Made by a program: the position numbers and the translations under genes | Assembly (NCBI GenBank): GCA_019358935.1 | Contig: JAHHIK010000004.1 | Span: 32,001 to 96,000 of the forward strand | From: Tolypothrix carrinoi HA7290-LM1 | Lineage (GTDB): Bacteria; Cyanobacteriota; Cyanobacteriia; Cyanobacteriales; Nostocaceae | Reading direction: 5' to 3' | Length of the DNA: 64,000 bases | The notes under the pieces: model-generated | The model's input: the letters and a program-made list of their open reading frames with translations, nothing else | What the model was told of the DNA's origin: nothing | Database searches by the model: none | Shown here: piece by piece, positions 31,311 through 41,696 of the stretch | How the letters are laid out: each line of letters begins with the position of its first letter | Numbering within the stretch: position 1 is the stretch's first letter

Positions 31311-31502
31311 TTAAGATACTTGCAACAGATAGCTCATACAGTGTCCCATAAGGAAATAAACTACTAACATAGCCCCAGCAGCTAAGGCAACCAATGTACC
31401 CGCCAACATTAAAGAAAACTCTTTATGCTGAAAAGCTTTTTCCATTAGGTGCAGTGACCATGCCACTAGCGCCACATCAAATACTAAAATAGGAATCAAC
31501 AT
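31311..31502 (-). CDS. Small hypothetical membrane protein
   Basis: 63 aa, two hydrophobic segments, same strand as hisF. Confidence 0.6.
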   Translation of the reverse strand: MLIPILVFDVALVAWSLHLMEKAFQHKEFSLMLAGTLVALAAGAMLVVYFLMGHCMSYLLQVS

Positions 31503-31604
31503 TTTTTTTAAAATTTATTAATACTTGTTTATTAATCTTAACACTGTTTCCAGGTACTGTGTCTAACCTTAGATAGATGTGGTTATGTGAAAAACCAATG
31601 GTCA

Positions 31605-32375
31605 CTATACTATTCTTACTGGTAGAGAGCGATCGCGCAAATAATTTTTAATTTCCGCTACACTTAATTGCCCGTAATGTAAAAGTGATGCCAGTAGTGC
31701 TGCTTCTGCTTTACCTTTGGTGAGAGCATCGTAAATATGTTCGCATGTTCCCGCGCCACCAGATGCTACAACTGGAATTTGGACGGTTTGGGCGATCGCG
31801 CTTGTTAAATCTAAATCATACCCGGCTTGAGTACCATCAGCATCCATACTTGTTACTAGCAGTTCACCTGCCCCTCGTTTTTCGACTTCTTGTGCCCAAA
31901 GTAGAGCGTCTAAACCCGTATTTTCCCTTCCTCCGCGTACATACACATCCCAACCAGGATTATTAGGGTCTTTTCGGCTTCTGGCATCAATAGCAACCAC
32001 AATGCACTGATTACCGAAGCGATCGCTTGCCCGATTAATTAAATCTGGGTCGCGTACCGCCGCAGAATTAATACTAACTTTGTCTGCCCCCGCTCGTAAC
32101 AAAGCTTTAACATTTTCTAAGGTTTGAATTCCTCCACCCACAGTTAGAGGAATAAACACCTGTTCAGCCGTGCGGTAAACTACATCAAGAATAATGCCTC
32201 TGTCTTCATGAGTCGCCGTAATATCGAGAAAGACTAACTCATCAGCACCAGCTTCGTTGTAAACCTTTGCCAATTCTACGGGATCGCCTGCATCCTTAAG
32301 ATTGACAAAGTTAACTCCTTTTACAACCCGTCCCGCCTTGACATCAAGGCACGGTAAGATTCTTTTAGATAACAT
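31605..32375 (-). CDS. hisF: Imidazole glycerol phosphate synthase subunit HisF
   Basis: [39 protein letters not shown]. Confidence 0.97.
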   Translation of the reverse strand: MLSKRILPCLDVKAGRVVKGVNFVNLKDAGDPVELAKVYNEAGADELVFLDITATHEDRGIILDVVYRTAEQVFIPLTVGGGIQTLENVKALLRAGADKVSINSAAVRDPDLINRASDRFGNQCIVVAIDARSRKDPNNPGWDVYVRGGRENTGLDALLWAQEVEKRGAGELLVTSMDADGTQAGYDLDLTSAIAQTVQIPVVASGGAGTCEHIYDALTKGKAEAALLASLLHYGQLSVAEIKNYLRDRSLPVRIV

Positions 32376-32529
32376 AGCAAGTTTGCCAATTTTTCCTTAA
32401 TTGTTCGGAAATTAAATTTTAAAGCTTATGAGTTGATTTCAGAACCCGTATTTTATCACCCGTATTTATACTCATATTACAGGTGGGTGGCGCTCAGAAG
32501 TCGTGCAGTAAAAGTTGATAGCAGCAATT

Positions 32530-33621
32530 ATGGCGATTATTTCCTCTAAAAAACAGCCTCAAGAACCCAACAAACAACCAAAATCTCACGAGACGCAAGT
32601 TACTGCAAAACCAGACATTTTGCAACCAGAAGCTGCTGTTGATGAAGGTAAGCAAGAAGAAAGCATTCGTCCACACCGATTTGCTGATTACATTGGGCAA
32701 AAAGACTTAAAAGATGTGCTGGAGATTGCCATTAAAGCAGCGCAATCTAGAAGTGAAGTGTTAGATCACTTACTTCTATACGGTCCGCCAGGATTGGGTA
32801 AAACCACAATGGCAATGATTTTAGCATCAGAGATGGGGGTAAATTATAAAATAACCAGTGCGCCCGCGCTAGAACGTCCCAGAGATATTGTTGGGCTATT
32901 AGTGAATCTAAAACCCGGCGATGTTCTCTTTATTGATGAAATTCATCGCCTTTCGCGGATGACTGAGGAAATTCTCTATCCAGCGATGGAAGATTATCGC
33001 TTAGATATTACCGTGGGTAAGGGTTCGAGTGCGCGAATTCGGAGTATACCACTTTCCAAATTTACATTGGTGGGAGCAACAACTCGTGTCGGTGCATTAA
33101 CTTCACCATTGCGCGATCGCTTCGGCTTAGTTCAAAAACTGCGATTTTACGAAGTCGAAGAAATGACCCAGATTATACAACGCACCGCTCAATTACTCCA
33201 AACCCCGATGACTATAGATGGTGCCACAGAAATAGCCCGTCGTTCGCGAGGAACACCGAGAATTGGAAATAGGCTACTTAGACGAGTGCGTGATTATGCG
33301 GAAGTTCAAAAATCTGGTGAGATAACCGAAACCGTAGCAGCCGAAGCATTGCAACTATTCCAAGTAGATCCCTGCGGTTTGGATTGGACAGACCGGAAAA
33401 TGCTAAGTGTAATAATTGAACAATTTAATGGCGGTCCTGTAGGATTAGAAACCATTGCCGCAGCAACGGGTGAAGATACGCAAACAATAGAAGAAGTTTA
33501 CGAACCTTATTTGATGCAAATTGGCTATTTAAGCCGTACTCCCCGTGGGAGAACAGCCACAAAAGCAGCATACAAGCATTTGGGCTTTACACCGCCGAAT
33601 GAGCAGATGTCTTTGCTGTAG
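32530..33621 (+). CDS. ruvB: Holliday junction branch migration helicase RuvB
   Basis: [46 protein letters not shown]. Confidence 0.97.
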   Translation: MAIISSKKQPQEPNKQPKSHETQVTAKPDILQPEAAVDEGKQEESIRPHRFADYIGQKDLKDVLEIAIKAAQSRSEVLDHLLLYGPPGLGKTTMAMILASEMGVNYKITSAPALERPRDIVGLLVNLKPGDVLFIDEIHRLSRMTEEILYPAMEDYRLDITVGKGSSARIRSIPLSKFTLVGATTRVGALTSPLRDRFGLVQKLRFYEVEEMTQIIQRTAQLLQTPMTIDGATEIARRSRGTPRIGNRLLRRVRDYAEVQKSGEITETVAAEALQLFQVDPCGLDWTDRKMLSVIIEQFNGGPVGLETIAAATGEDTQTIEEVYEPYLMQIGYLSRTPRGRTATKAAYKHLGFTPPNEQMSLL

Positions 33622-33900
33622 GGACAAGGGAGACAAGGAGGACAAGGAGGACAAGGAGGACAAGGGGGAGTTTGTCTTTTCGTCTTCCTTGTCTCCACGC
33701 CAGTCGCTACAACGGAGGGAACCTCCCTTCTCCTTCACCAGACGCTCCGCGAACGGGTTCGCCACTACGAATAGACCCTACAGGCAACCGCGCCCGTGGA
33801 CTCACCGCAACGCGCTGGCTCCCCATCTCCCTTGTCTCCCTTGTCTCCCCCCTCCCCCCCTCCTCCCCTCCTCCCCTCCTCCCCTCCCCCACTTCCCCGT
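33621..33900. repeat. GGACAAGGA/CCTTGTCT inverted low-complexity repeat carrying nested small palindromic elements (33697-33821)
   Basis: Read directly from the sequence. Confidence 0.8.
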
Positions 33901-33941
33901 CGTCATGATAAATTGTGGATTTTAACCGCAGATAAATACAG

Positions 33942-34748
33942 ATGATTAAATTAATTGCTATTTTGTTAAGTTTATTGCTTGTGTTTGGGCTGGGTGAACC
34001 AGTTATGGCACAATCGCAACTGCCCCAATTTACGGAAGAACAGTTACAAAAAGGGGATGAGTTAGCGAAAAAGGCTTTTGCTGCTACTGATAAAGGTGAT
34101 TTTGTTACTGCTGAAAAGTACTGGACAGAAATTATCGAGCAATTTCCTCAGAATCCGGCAATATGGAGTAACCGGGGAAATTCCAGAGTAAGTCAAAATA
34201 AGTTGGTTGAAGCGATCACCGATTATAACAAAGCTATAGAACTTGCACCAAATGCCACCGATCCTTATTTGAATCGCGGTACAGCGTTGGAAGGATTGGG
34301 AAGATGGGATGATGCTTTAGCTGACTACAATCATTTGTTAGAGCTTGACCCGAAAGATGCGATGGCGTATAATAATCGCGGAAATGCGAAAGCTGGTAAG
34401 GGAGAATGGGAAGAAGCGATCGCTGATTATCAAAAATCAACTCAAATCGCTCCTAATTTTGCCTTTGCTCGTGCTAATTACGCTCTGGCTCTCTACGAAA
34501 CCGGTCAAACAGACAAAGCAATTCGCGAGATGAAAAATATCATCCGCAAATATCCGAAATTTGCCGATATGCGTGCAGCGCTGACCGCAGCTTACTGGGT
34601 AAAGGGACAACAAGGTGAAGCCGAAAGTAACTGGGTAGCAGCTGAAGGACTTGATAGACGCTACAAAGATATTAATTGGGTGAAAAATATCCGCAGATGG
34701 CCCCCCAGTATGATATCAGCTTTGGATAAGTTTTTGAAATTACAGTAG
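33942..34748 (+). CDS. TPR protein with signal peptide
   Basis: Several NRG-containing TPR motifs; C-terminal RRWPP. Confidence 0.9.
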   Translation: MIKLIAILLSLLLVFGLGEPVMAQSQLPQFTEEQLQKGDELAKKAFAATDKGDFVTAEKYWTEIIEQFPQNPAIWSNRGNSRVSQNKLVEAITDYNKAIELAPNATDPYLNRGTALEGLGRWDDALADYNHLLELDPKDAMAYNNRGNAKAGKGEWEEAIADYQKSTQIAPNFAFARANYALALYETGQTDKAIREMKNIIRKYPKFADMRAALTAAYWVKGQQGEAESNWVAAEGLDRRYKDINWVKNIRRWPPSMISALDKFLKLQ

Positions 34749-34855
34749 AAAACCACAAAGCGAGCCAGTCGCAGTCTTGGGCAACAGCTTTCACCTGGGA
34801 GCTTCCTTGAGAATGGTGCGTTAGCGTTTCGCGTAACGCACCCTACAAATAATCT

Positions 34856-36250
34856 TTACACCAAACTAGAGGTAGTCTGGAATTGCCGCTGATTTTGCAA
34901 ACGTTTGCCTGTAATTAGCATCCGGACACCACCTTTTGGTGCTGACAATAAGCCCTTGCGAATTGGCTGCACGGGTTCGCTCTCAGCCAGTTCCATCTCC
35001 CAGTTAGACAGCACCGTTGCTAACACCGATTTCATCTCAAATAAGGCAAAAGCCATACCGATACAGCGACGATTTCCGCCACCAAAAGGTAAATATTCAG
35101 ACATTGCAAATTGACGCTCTAGAAAACGCTCAGGTTGAAATTGCTTTGACTGAGGATACAAATCTTCTCGGTGATGAGTTAAATAAATACTTCCAACTAG
35201 CAAAGTACCAGGCTCAAACTCATAGCCCATAATTGAAAGCGGTGATTTAACTAGTCGATTTAACATCAACATCGCTACCGGATAAAGGCGTAATGTTTCC
35301 GAACAGACAGCATTTAAATAAGGCGAGCGCAAAATAGCATTTGCATCCGGATTTTCACCCAAACTATCAAGTTCTTGCAACAGTTTTTCACGCACCTGCG
35401 GCTGATGGTGAATCCAGTATAAAGCCCATGCTAAAGAACTTGCCGTAGTTTCGTGACCTGCGACTAATAAAGTCATCAACTCATCACGTAATTCCACATC
35501 CGTCATCGGCTCACCCGCTTCATCGCGAGCAGCCATCATTAAAGACAGAATATCAGATCGAGATGAATCTGGGTGCGATCGCCGTTCCTGAATTTCCGCA
35601 TAAATGAGTTCATCAATTGAGGAGCGTAAACGTAGATATCTTCCCCAAGGACTCCATGAGCCTAAATCGCGTCGCAGTGCTGGGAAAAGAAGCATTACTG
35701 CTCGCCATATCGGTTGTTTTGGATTCAGAAGTGCAATTAAAAGTTCCTTTAGTTTTTGGTAACGCGCTCCATCTTCTAAACCAAATACAGCTTTCAAAAT
35801 CACCTCGAAGGAGATTTCTTGCATAAATGGTAGTACAGAAAAAGATTCTCCGACTTGCCATTTACTAGTCACTTTTTCGGTGATGCTGCGGGTTAACTGA
35901 GCATAACTCAACATCCGTTCCCCATGAAGCGGAGGAGTCAACAGCTTTCGTTGACGTTGGTGGGGCTTTCCTTCTAGCGACAGTAAAGAGTACTGTCCCA
36001 ATAAAGGTGCCCCCACACCTGCTGCGGCACCAGAGTCCAACTGTTTTGGATCTGTGGTAAAAATCTGCTGAATTGCCTGCGGGTTACTAATGAATACTTG
36101 CGGAGTAAAAATTGGACCAAGCCTGAGAGTAAACATATCTCCATAGCGTTGAGTACAGGCTTCCATGTATTCTAGCGGGTTAGTCAGCCACTGAAACGTC
36201 TGTATCCAAGGGTGAGTCTGAGGACCATCGGGCAGTTTAAGTGTAGGCAT
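34856..36250 (-). CDS. Cytochrome P450 (CYP110-like)
   Basis: AGHETT, ETLR, PERF, FGGGNRRCIG. Confidence 0.95.
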   Translation of the reverse strand: MPTLKLPDGPQTHPWIQTFQWLTNPLEYMEACTQRYGDMFTLRLGPIFTPQVFISNPQAIQQIFTTDPKQLDSGAAAGVGAPLLGQYSLLSLEGKPHQRQRKLLTPPLHGERMLSYAQLTRSITEKVTSKWQVGESFSVLPFMQEISFEVILKAVFGLEDGARYQKLKELLIALLNPKQPIWRAVMLLFPALRRDLGSWSPWGRYLRLRSSIDELIYAEIQERRSHPDSSRSDILSLMMAARDEAGEPMTDVELRDELMTLLVAGHETTASSLAWALYWIHHQPQVREKLLQELDSLGENPDANAILRSPYLNAVCSETLRLYPVAMLMLNRLVKSPLSIMGYEFEPGTLLVGSIYLTHHREDLYPQSKQFQPERFLERQFAMSEYLPFGGGNRRCIGMAFALFEMKSVLATVLSNWEMELAESEPVQPIRKGLLSAPKGGVRMLITGKRLQNQRQFQTTSSLV

Positions 36251-36317
36251 TTTTCACCTTTTTATAAGTTCGTAGTGAGGACTTCAGTCCTCATATTATG
36301 AAGGACTAAAGTCCTTA

Positions 36318-37775
36318 CTACTTTTGCAACCAAACTGACACAGAACCACCCTGACAAGAGAAATTTCCCCATCCGTCACTGTTAGTATAAACAATTTCCT
36401 GGATATGTCCGGTGGAATCGTAAAAAGCTGCATTCGGTCGAAACATATTCATCCACTTGTTCCCAGATTCACCGTTGGTCAACACTACAGCCATTGCCCC
36501 CGGATGTTCGCTATTACCCAAGCGCGTCCAACCGATAGTATTCGCATGGTCAAAATAATCGTGTTGGTCGCCAAAACCATATTCATTACGCGCTTTCAGG
36601 AACTTGTCAATCAAGAAACGGTGAGAAGAAAGAGTTACATCCCGTCCCTTATCATGATATTGCGCTCCATAATAGTCTGCATAAAAAACGCAAGGATAAC
36701 CTTCACGGCGTAGCAAAATTAGTGCATACGCCAAAGGCTTAAACCAACAATCAACGGGAGATTCTAGCGATTGACACGGTTGGGTATCATGATTTTCTAC
36801 AAAAGTGACAGCTTTGCTTGGTTGTTCTTTAACTAAAGTTCTGTCAAAAAGCGATCGCATATCGAAACTATTACCTTGACGGCTTGCTTGATGAAACTTG
36901 AAATGAAGTGGCACATCAAACAACGATAATCGTCCATCGCTAGCAGCTATATAGCCGTGTAACGCCTCGATATCCTGTGACCAGTACTCCCCCACACTAA
37001 ATAATTCTCGCCCGCCAAAATGCACTCGCAGGTGGTTCAACCAGTCGCGGAAAAAGCTGGAACGAATATGTTTAACCGCATCAATCCGGAAGCCATCTAC
37101 ACCTGTAGTGTCAACAAACCAACGTCCCCAATACATCAATTCACCGCGCACGAACTCGTTACCCATATCCAAGTCGTTCGCCATCAAATAGTCATAGTTA
37201 CCGTGTTCGTGGCTAACTTCTGTCTCAAAGTTATTGTTCTTGATACGGTAGAGTTTATCAGCTCGTTGGGTGGCTGCATTGTAGGATAATGTATCAAAGC
37301 ACCACCAATGCCACTTCATGCTGGAGTATTTATCTCCACGACCAGAAAAATTGAACTTGGTATAAGCTTCAATTTCATACCAATCGCTGACTGGACGGTT
37401 GCGGTCATTCCAATCCATTTCCTCTGCCCAGATGCGTTCTGTTTCATCTCCACCATCTTTGTGGTTGAAAACTACATCAGCGTAAATTTGAATACCAGCA
37501 TTTTGAGCGCTTTTAATCGCTGTCAGATATTGATCGCGTGTTCCGTATTTTGTGCGGATACTACCTTTTTGATCGAACTCACCCAAATCAAATAAATCGT
37601 AGACTCCGTATCCGACATCTCTACCGCCACCAGTACCCTTGTAAGCTGGTGGTAGCCATAAAACTGTGAAGCCTGCACTCTTTAACTCGTGAGCCGTTTT
37701 GTTCAGTTGATTCCATAGGCTACCATCATCGGGGATGTACCAATGGAAATATTGCATTATTACGCCGTTGGTCAT
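36318..37775 (-). CDS. Cytoplasmic alpha-amylase (GH13, liquefying type)
   Basis: MQYFHW, DVVFNH, GFRIDAVKH, VGEYW, FVENHD. Confidence 0.93.
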   Translation of the reverse strand: MTNGVIMQYFHWYIPDDGSLWNQLNKTAHELKSAGFTVLWLPPAYKGTGGGRDVGYGVYDLFDLGEFDQKGSIRTKYGTRDQYLTAIKSAQNAGIQIYADVVFNHKDGGDETERIWAEEMDWNDRNRPVSDWYEIEAYTKFNFSGRGDKYSSMKWHWWCFDTLSYNAATQRADKLYRIKNNNFETEVSHEHGNYDYLMANDLDMGNEFVRGELMYWGRWFVDTTGVDGFRIDAVKHIRSSFFRDWLNHLRVHFGGRELFSVGEYWSQDIEALHGYIAASDGRLSLFDVPLHFKFHQASRQGNSFDMRSLFDRTLVKEQPSKAVTFVENHDTQPCQSLESPVDCWFKPLAYALILLRREGYPCVFYADYYGAQYHDKGRDVTLSSHRFLIDKFLKARNEYGFGDQHDYFDHANTIGWTRLGNSEHPGAMAVVLTNGESGNKWMNMFRPNAAFYDSTGHIQEIVYTNSDGWGNFSCQGGSVSVWLQK

Positions 37776-37893
37776 GCGATCGCCTTAATTCAGAATCTCT
37801 GGTAAATGCAGATTTCTATGAGAAATCTTTCGTGTTAGCCTAAGTCTTTTTTGTCATGCATCCAAACATTTCCACAATTTATTTAGATTTGCA

Positions 37894-38682
37894 TTACCGC
37901 AACAATTCCTGAATTTGCACCGATGTTAATTCTTGCACATTGCTCAAAACTATCGCCGCTCCCGCTTCTCGCAATGTTTCCGCATAAGCTTCACGACGCG
38001 CTACCGTCTCCTGCACATGAGGCGGTAAAATACCTACACCAATCCAAGTGCGGTTAGGTTCAATAATTCGCGCCTTCTCCACCGTGTACATATCTGCTAC
38101 CGTATCCCCTAAATATATCACAGGTTGTAATTTGTCAAGACCCAATAGGTGAATAGTAGCGAAAAGTCCGGTAGGGTCTGGTTTACTTGGTGCATCTTCC
38201 ATCGCCACTAGTAGAGGCGACTTTAAACCCAAGCGTTTTTGCAAAATATAAGTAGCGGAAGCGCGAGTTGCACCGCTAAAAAATCCCCAGTGAATCCCAG
38301 CTGATGTAAGTTGCTCAAAATAGCTAGACTCTAACAATAACGGCTCATCGCAGATATACCCCGTCCAATTGTCCGGGTCGGGTCCTCGGTAACGCGATTG
38401 AAAAAACGCGACAATCGTGTTGTAGTTCAGTTGCAATTGTTCGCGGGGTATAGCTTGAGTTTGAAAATAGCGGTAAATTAACTCTTGGGATGCTTCCCAA
38501 TCGTTATTCCAAACGCCTTCAGACTTCAGTTGGTCGATATCTAATGATGTCGGACGATACGCATTTGCCGTAAAATGCTCTACAGTATCCGCGATCGCTC
38601 GTCTATAAGAACCGCCAACATCGCGGATCACACCGTCAATATCAAAGATTACGATGGCTTTTGCAGAAGTTTCTTGAGTCAT
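37894..38682 (-). CDS. HAD-family hydrolase (TIGR01548-like)
   Basis: FDIDGV, NNDW, KPDP, GDTVAD. Confidence 0.85.
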   Translation of the reverse strand: MTQETSAKAIVIFDIDGVIRDVGGSYRRAIADTVEHFTANAYRPTSLDIDQLKSEGVWNNDWEASQELIYRYFQTQAIPREQLQLNYNTIVAFFQSRYRGPDPDNWTGYICDEPLLLESSYFEQLTSAGIHWGFFSGATRASATYILQKRLGLKSPLLVAMEDAPSKPDPTGLFATIHLLGLDKLQPVIYLGDTVADMYTVEKARIIEPNRTWIGVGILPPHVQETVARREAYAETLREAGAAIVLSNVQELTSVQIQELLR

Positions 38683-38726
38683 GGGCTAGAAAGCAAAAGA
38701 GTTTTACCTCATAATAAAGTGTGAGA

Positions 38727-39203
38727 TCATGACTCAGGTAAAAAATCAGGGTTGAGGACTTCTTCTGGTGTAAAGGGAGATTGTTTGGGGAAGATAATCA
38801 AATCCAATTCAGTTTCATCGGCAACCAACAGCCTCGCATCGTCATAACATAGCGCGAAAACCTCAGATAAAAAAGGTTTGAGGCTAGGACTCTCTTCTAG
38901 AGCTTGTCTAAGGCGTTTGCGATGTTCCCGAATCGTGGCTCGCCAACTACCACAGCGCTTATCAGCTTGATACTTATATTTTAATAGATGCATCAGCACC
39001 ACTTCCAAATTGCTTCTGAGTGCTTTTTTTTCACTCCTGCCCATTGTTTGAATTTCTTCAATCAAATTTTCTAAGTCCAGTTCTCTGAGCCGACCTTGCT
39101 TGAGCAATTCTATAGTTGCTTGAATCCACAAGTAAAAGTCTTGCTCATATAACTCTGAACAAGATGTCGTTTGAGATTGAGGCAGTTGGGCAGTCATAAA
39201 CAT
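38727..39203 (-). CDS. DUF29 family protein
   Basis: LYEQDFYLW, LDLENLIEEI, HLLKY, SWRATI, SPSLK. Confidence 0.9.
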   Translation of the reverse strand: MFMTAQLPQSQTTSCSELYEQDFYLWIQATIELLKQGRLRELDLENLIEEIQTMGRSEKKALRSNLEVVLMHLLKYKYQADKRCGSWRATIREHRKRLRQALEESPSLKPFLSEVFALCYDDARLLVADETELDLIIFPKQSPFTPEEVLNPDFLPES

Positions 39204-39367
39204 CTCTCAAAGCGCCGACTACACTTTATAGTAGCCTTTCTAGAAAAATGGATTTCTCCTTCTTGAATTGCTTATAATAACCGATTGCCCATTTAGTGAG
39301 GTATTGCGTTAAAATAAGCGATCGCATGAGTTAATTCCTAAAGGCACACAAATTAGCGGAGGTATGA

Positions 39368-39667
39368 TTGACCAAGTTTATTTTGAAAATTTTGTGGTTG
39401 GATGAAAACGTCGCCTTGGCGGTCGATCAAGTTGTCGGCAAAGGCACAAGTCCCTTGACTAAGTACTTTTTCTGGCCCAGAAATGATGCCTGGGAAGAGT
39501 TAAAAAAAGAGCTTGAGTCAAAACACTGGATTACTGATGTCGATCGCGTTGAGTTGCTCAACAAAGGAACAGAAGTAATCAACTACTGGCAAGAGGAAGG
39601 CAGAAACCGTCCAATGGCTGAGGCTCAACTAAAATTTCCCGAAGTTACCTTCACAGGTAGCGCCTAG
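39368..39667 (+). CDS. ycf65: 30S ribosomal protein PSRP-3 (Ycf65)
   Basis: [27 protein letters not shown] start. Confidence 0.92.
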   Translation: MTKFILKILWLDENVALAVDQVVGKGTSPLTKYFFWPRNDAWEELKKELESKHWITDVDRVELLNKGTEVINYWQEEGRNRPMAEAQLKFPEVTFTGSA

Positions 39668-39677
39668 TATCGCATAA

Positions 39678-41426
39678 TTAAGTTGATTGTGATACAAGCT
39701 GCCAAAGTTTGATTGTCTTGTCCCTGCTGCCACTAGCAATCAGTGCAACAGGGCTGACAGCAACGGTAAACACTGAGTCTACATGACCAGATAAAGTAGC
39801 AATTTCTGCTGTTGTGTTTACCCCAGAAAGCTTAATTGTCTTGTCCCAACTTCCACTAATCAACGTTTCCCCATCAGCACTGAAAGCTAGTGTCACCACC
39901 GACCAAGAATGACTGGAAAGTGTGCGAATTAACTTACCAGTGTTTACCTCCCACAATTTAATAGTGTTATCATCGCTACCCGTCGCCAAAATTTGACCAT
40001 CCGGACTGAAAGCGACTGTTAAAACCGCCCTTGCATGACCTATAAGTGTTTGATAAGGGCGGTTTTTCAATTGATTTTGCAATTCATTTGCAGACAACTT
40101 CCACAAGCGAATAGTTCTGTCAAAACTAGCACTTGCCAAAAGCTCTTCTTGCGGACTAAACGCAACTGCACTGATCTGTAATTTATGTCCAGTCAAAGTG
40201 CAAATTTCTTCAAAAGAATTTATATCCCAGATTTTGACTGTTTTATCCCAACTACCACTAGCTAGCAGCTTTCCATCTCGACTAAAAGCGACTGATTTGA
40301 CAGCGCGGGAATGTCCAATTAAAGTAAAAATCTCTTGGAAGTTGCGAACATCCCAGATTTTGATAGTTTTATCATCGCTACCTGTCGCTAAAAGTTTTCC
40401 ATCGGGACTCAAAGCAACAGACTTCACCGCTTGGGAATGTCCCCCAAGATTGGCGATCGCACCAAATGTGTTTAAATCCCAAAATATAATGCTTTTATCA
40501 TCATTGCCACTAACCAAAATATTACCATCAGGGCTAATCGCAATTGAATTTACATTACTTAATACATTATTTCTGGTCAAAGTATGCAAGCATTGCCACG
40601 GAGGATTTTGGATTTTAGATTTTAGATTTGGGATTATGGATTTAATACCCATTGCTTGCAAAACTTCATCAGCATTTTGAAAGCGACGGTTAACAGCGTT
40701 TTCCAGCAACTTGTCAAGGATTTTTGCCAAGCGATCGCTTACTTTAGTGGTAAGATAATCTCGCCAAGCCCAGCAATTATTAGCAACATCAAATAAATCA
40801 AACGGCGGAATATGCGTAAGCAAGTAAATGCAAGTTACACCTAAGCTATAAAGGTCACTGGCAAATACGGATTTTCCCTTAGTTTGTTCCGGAGCCGCAT
40901 ACTCTGGACTGCCGATATTGCTATGCTCTGTAAAATAGTCGATTACTGGCACAAATTTAGCTGTAGCAAAATTGACTAAAACCAAATCTCCCGCTTTTGT
41001 GCGGATGATATTTTCGGGTTTAATATTGCCGTGAATGATATGGCGATCGCTAATATATTTGAGAACAGGCAATAAATCCTCTAAAAGTTGCCAAATCTGA
41101 CTTTCCCTAAAAACACCCTCATCCTCAAGCACCTCAGCTAAATTGCTACCCTCAATAAACTCCTGTACCAAATAAAATTGCCCTTCCTCCTGGAAATACG
41201 CCAAAATTGCGGGAATTTGTGGATGCTTACCGATTTCTTCTAATACTTGCACCTTTCGCTGAAAATCTATGAGAATTTCCTTTTGCAGCGAGAATTCTTG
41301 AACCACACAACGAACTACAGGAAACAGACTTTCATCCACAGCCAAGAAAGTCTTGGTAAATTTCCCTTGACTTCTCAGTTTAAGTAAACGGTAACGTTCT
41401 TGTAAAAAACTCAAAATACCCTTCAA
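39678..41426 (-). CDS. Ser/Thr kinase-fold (degenerate) plus seven WD40 repeats
   Basis: GSPEYAAPEQ and SDLYSLG retained; GH...WD repeats; catalytic motifs altered. Confidence 0.88.
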   Translation of the reverse strand: MKGILSFLQERYRLLKLRSQGKFTKTFLAVDESLFPVVRCVVQEFSLQKEILIDFQRKVQVLEEIGKHPQIPAILAYFQEEGQFYLVQEFIEGSNLAEVLEDEGVFRESQIWQLLEDLLPVLKYISDRHIIHGNIKPENIIRTKAGDLVLVNFATAKFVPVIDYFTEHSNIGSPEYAAPEQTKGKSVFASDLYSLGVTCIYLLTHIPPFDLFDVANNCWAWRDYLTTKVSDRLAKILDKLLENAVNRRFQNADEVLQAMGIKSIIPNLKSKIQNPPWQCLHTLTRNNVLSNVNSIAISPDGNILVSGNDDKSIIFWDLNTFGAIANLGGHSQAVKSVALSPDGKLLATGSDDKTIKIWDVRNFQEIFTLIGHSRAVKSVAFSRDGKLLASGSWDKTVKIWDINSFEEICTLTGHKLQISAVAFSPQEELLASASFDRTIRLWKLSANELQNQLKNRPYQTLIGHARAVLTVAFSPDGQILATGSDDNTIKLWEVNTGKLIRTLSSHSWSVVTLAFSADGETLISGSWDKTIKLSGVNTTAEIATLSGHVDSVFTVAVSPVALIASGSRDKTIKLWQLVSQST

Positions 41427-41696
41427 AGAAATTCAAACATGATAAATTCAAACTTCAGCATTACGCAAAAACCCTCTACAACTCTTACTCTCTGTGTACT
41501 CTGCGTCGCGCCAGATGCTTCAAGTCGGCAGAGCCGACGGCAGGTGCTTCAAGCCGGGAAACCCGTCCAACGCACTGCCTCCCCAACGCACTGGCTTCTC
41601 TGCGGTTCGTTTTTCCATGATTTTGCCTAAGTCCTATAAATCATAAAATCCCTAATTAATCCTAGAGACGTTCCGGTGGAACGTCTCTACAATAAA

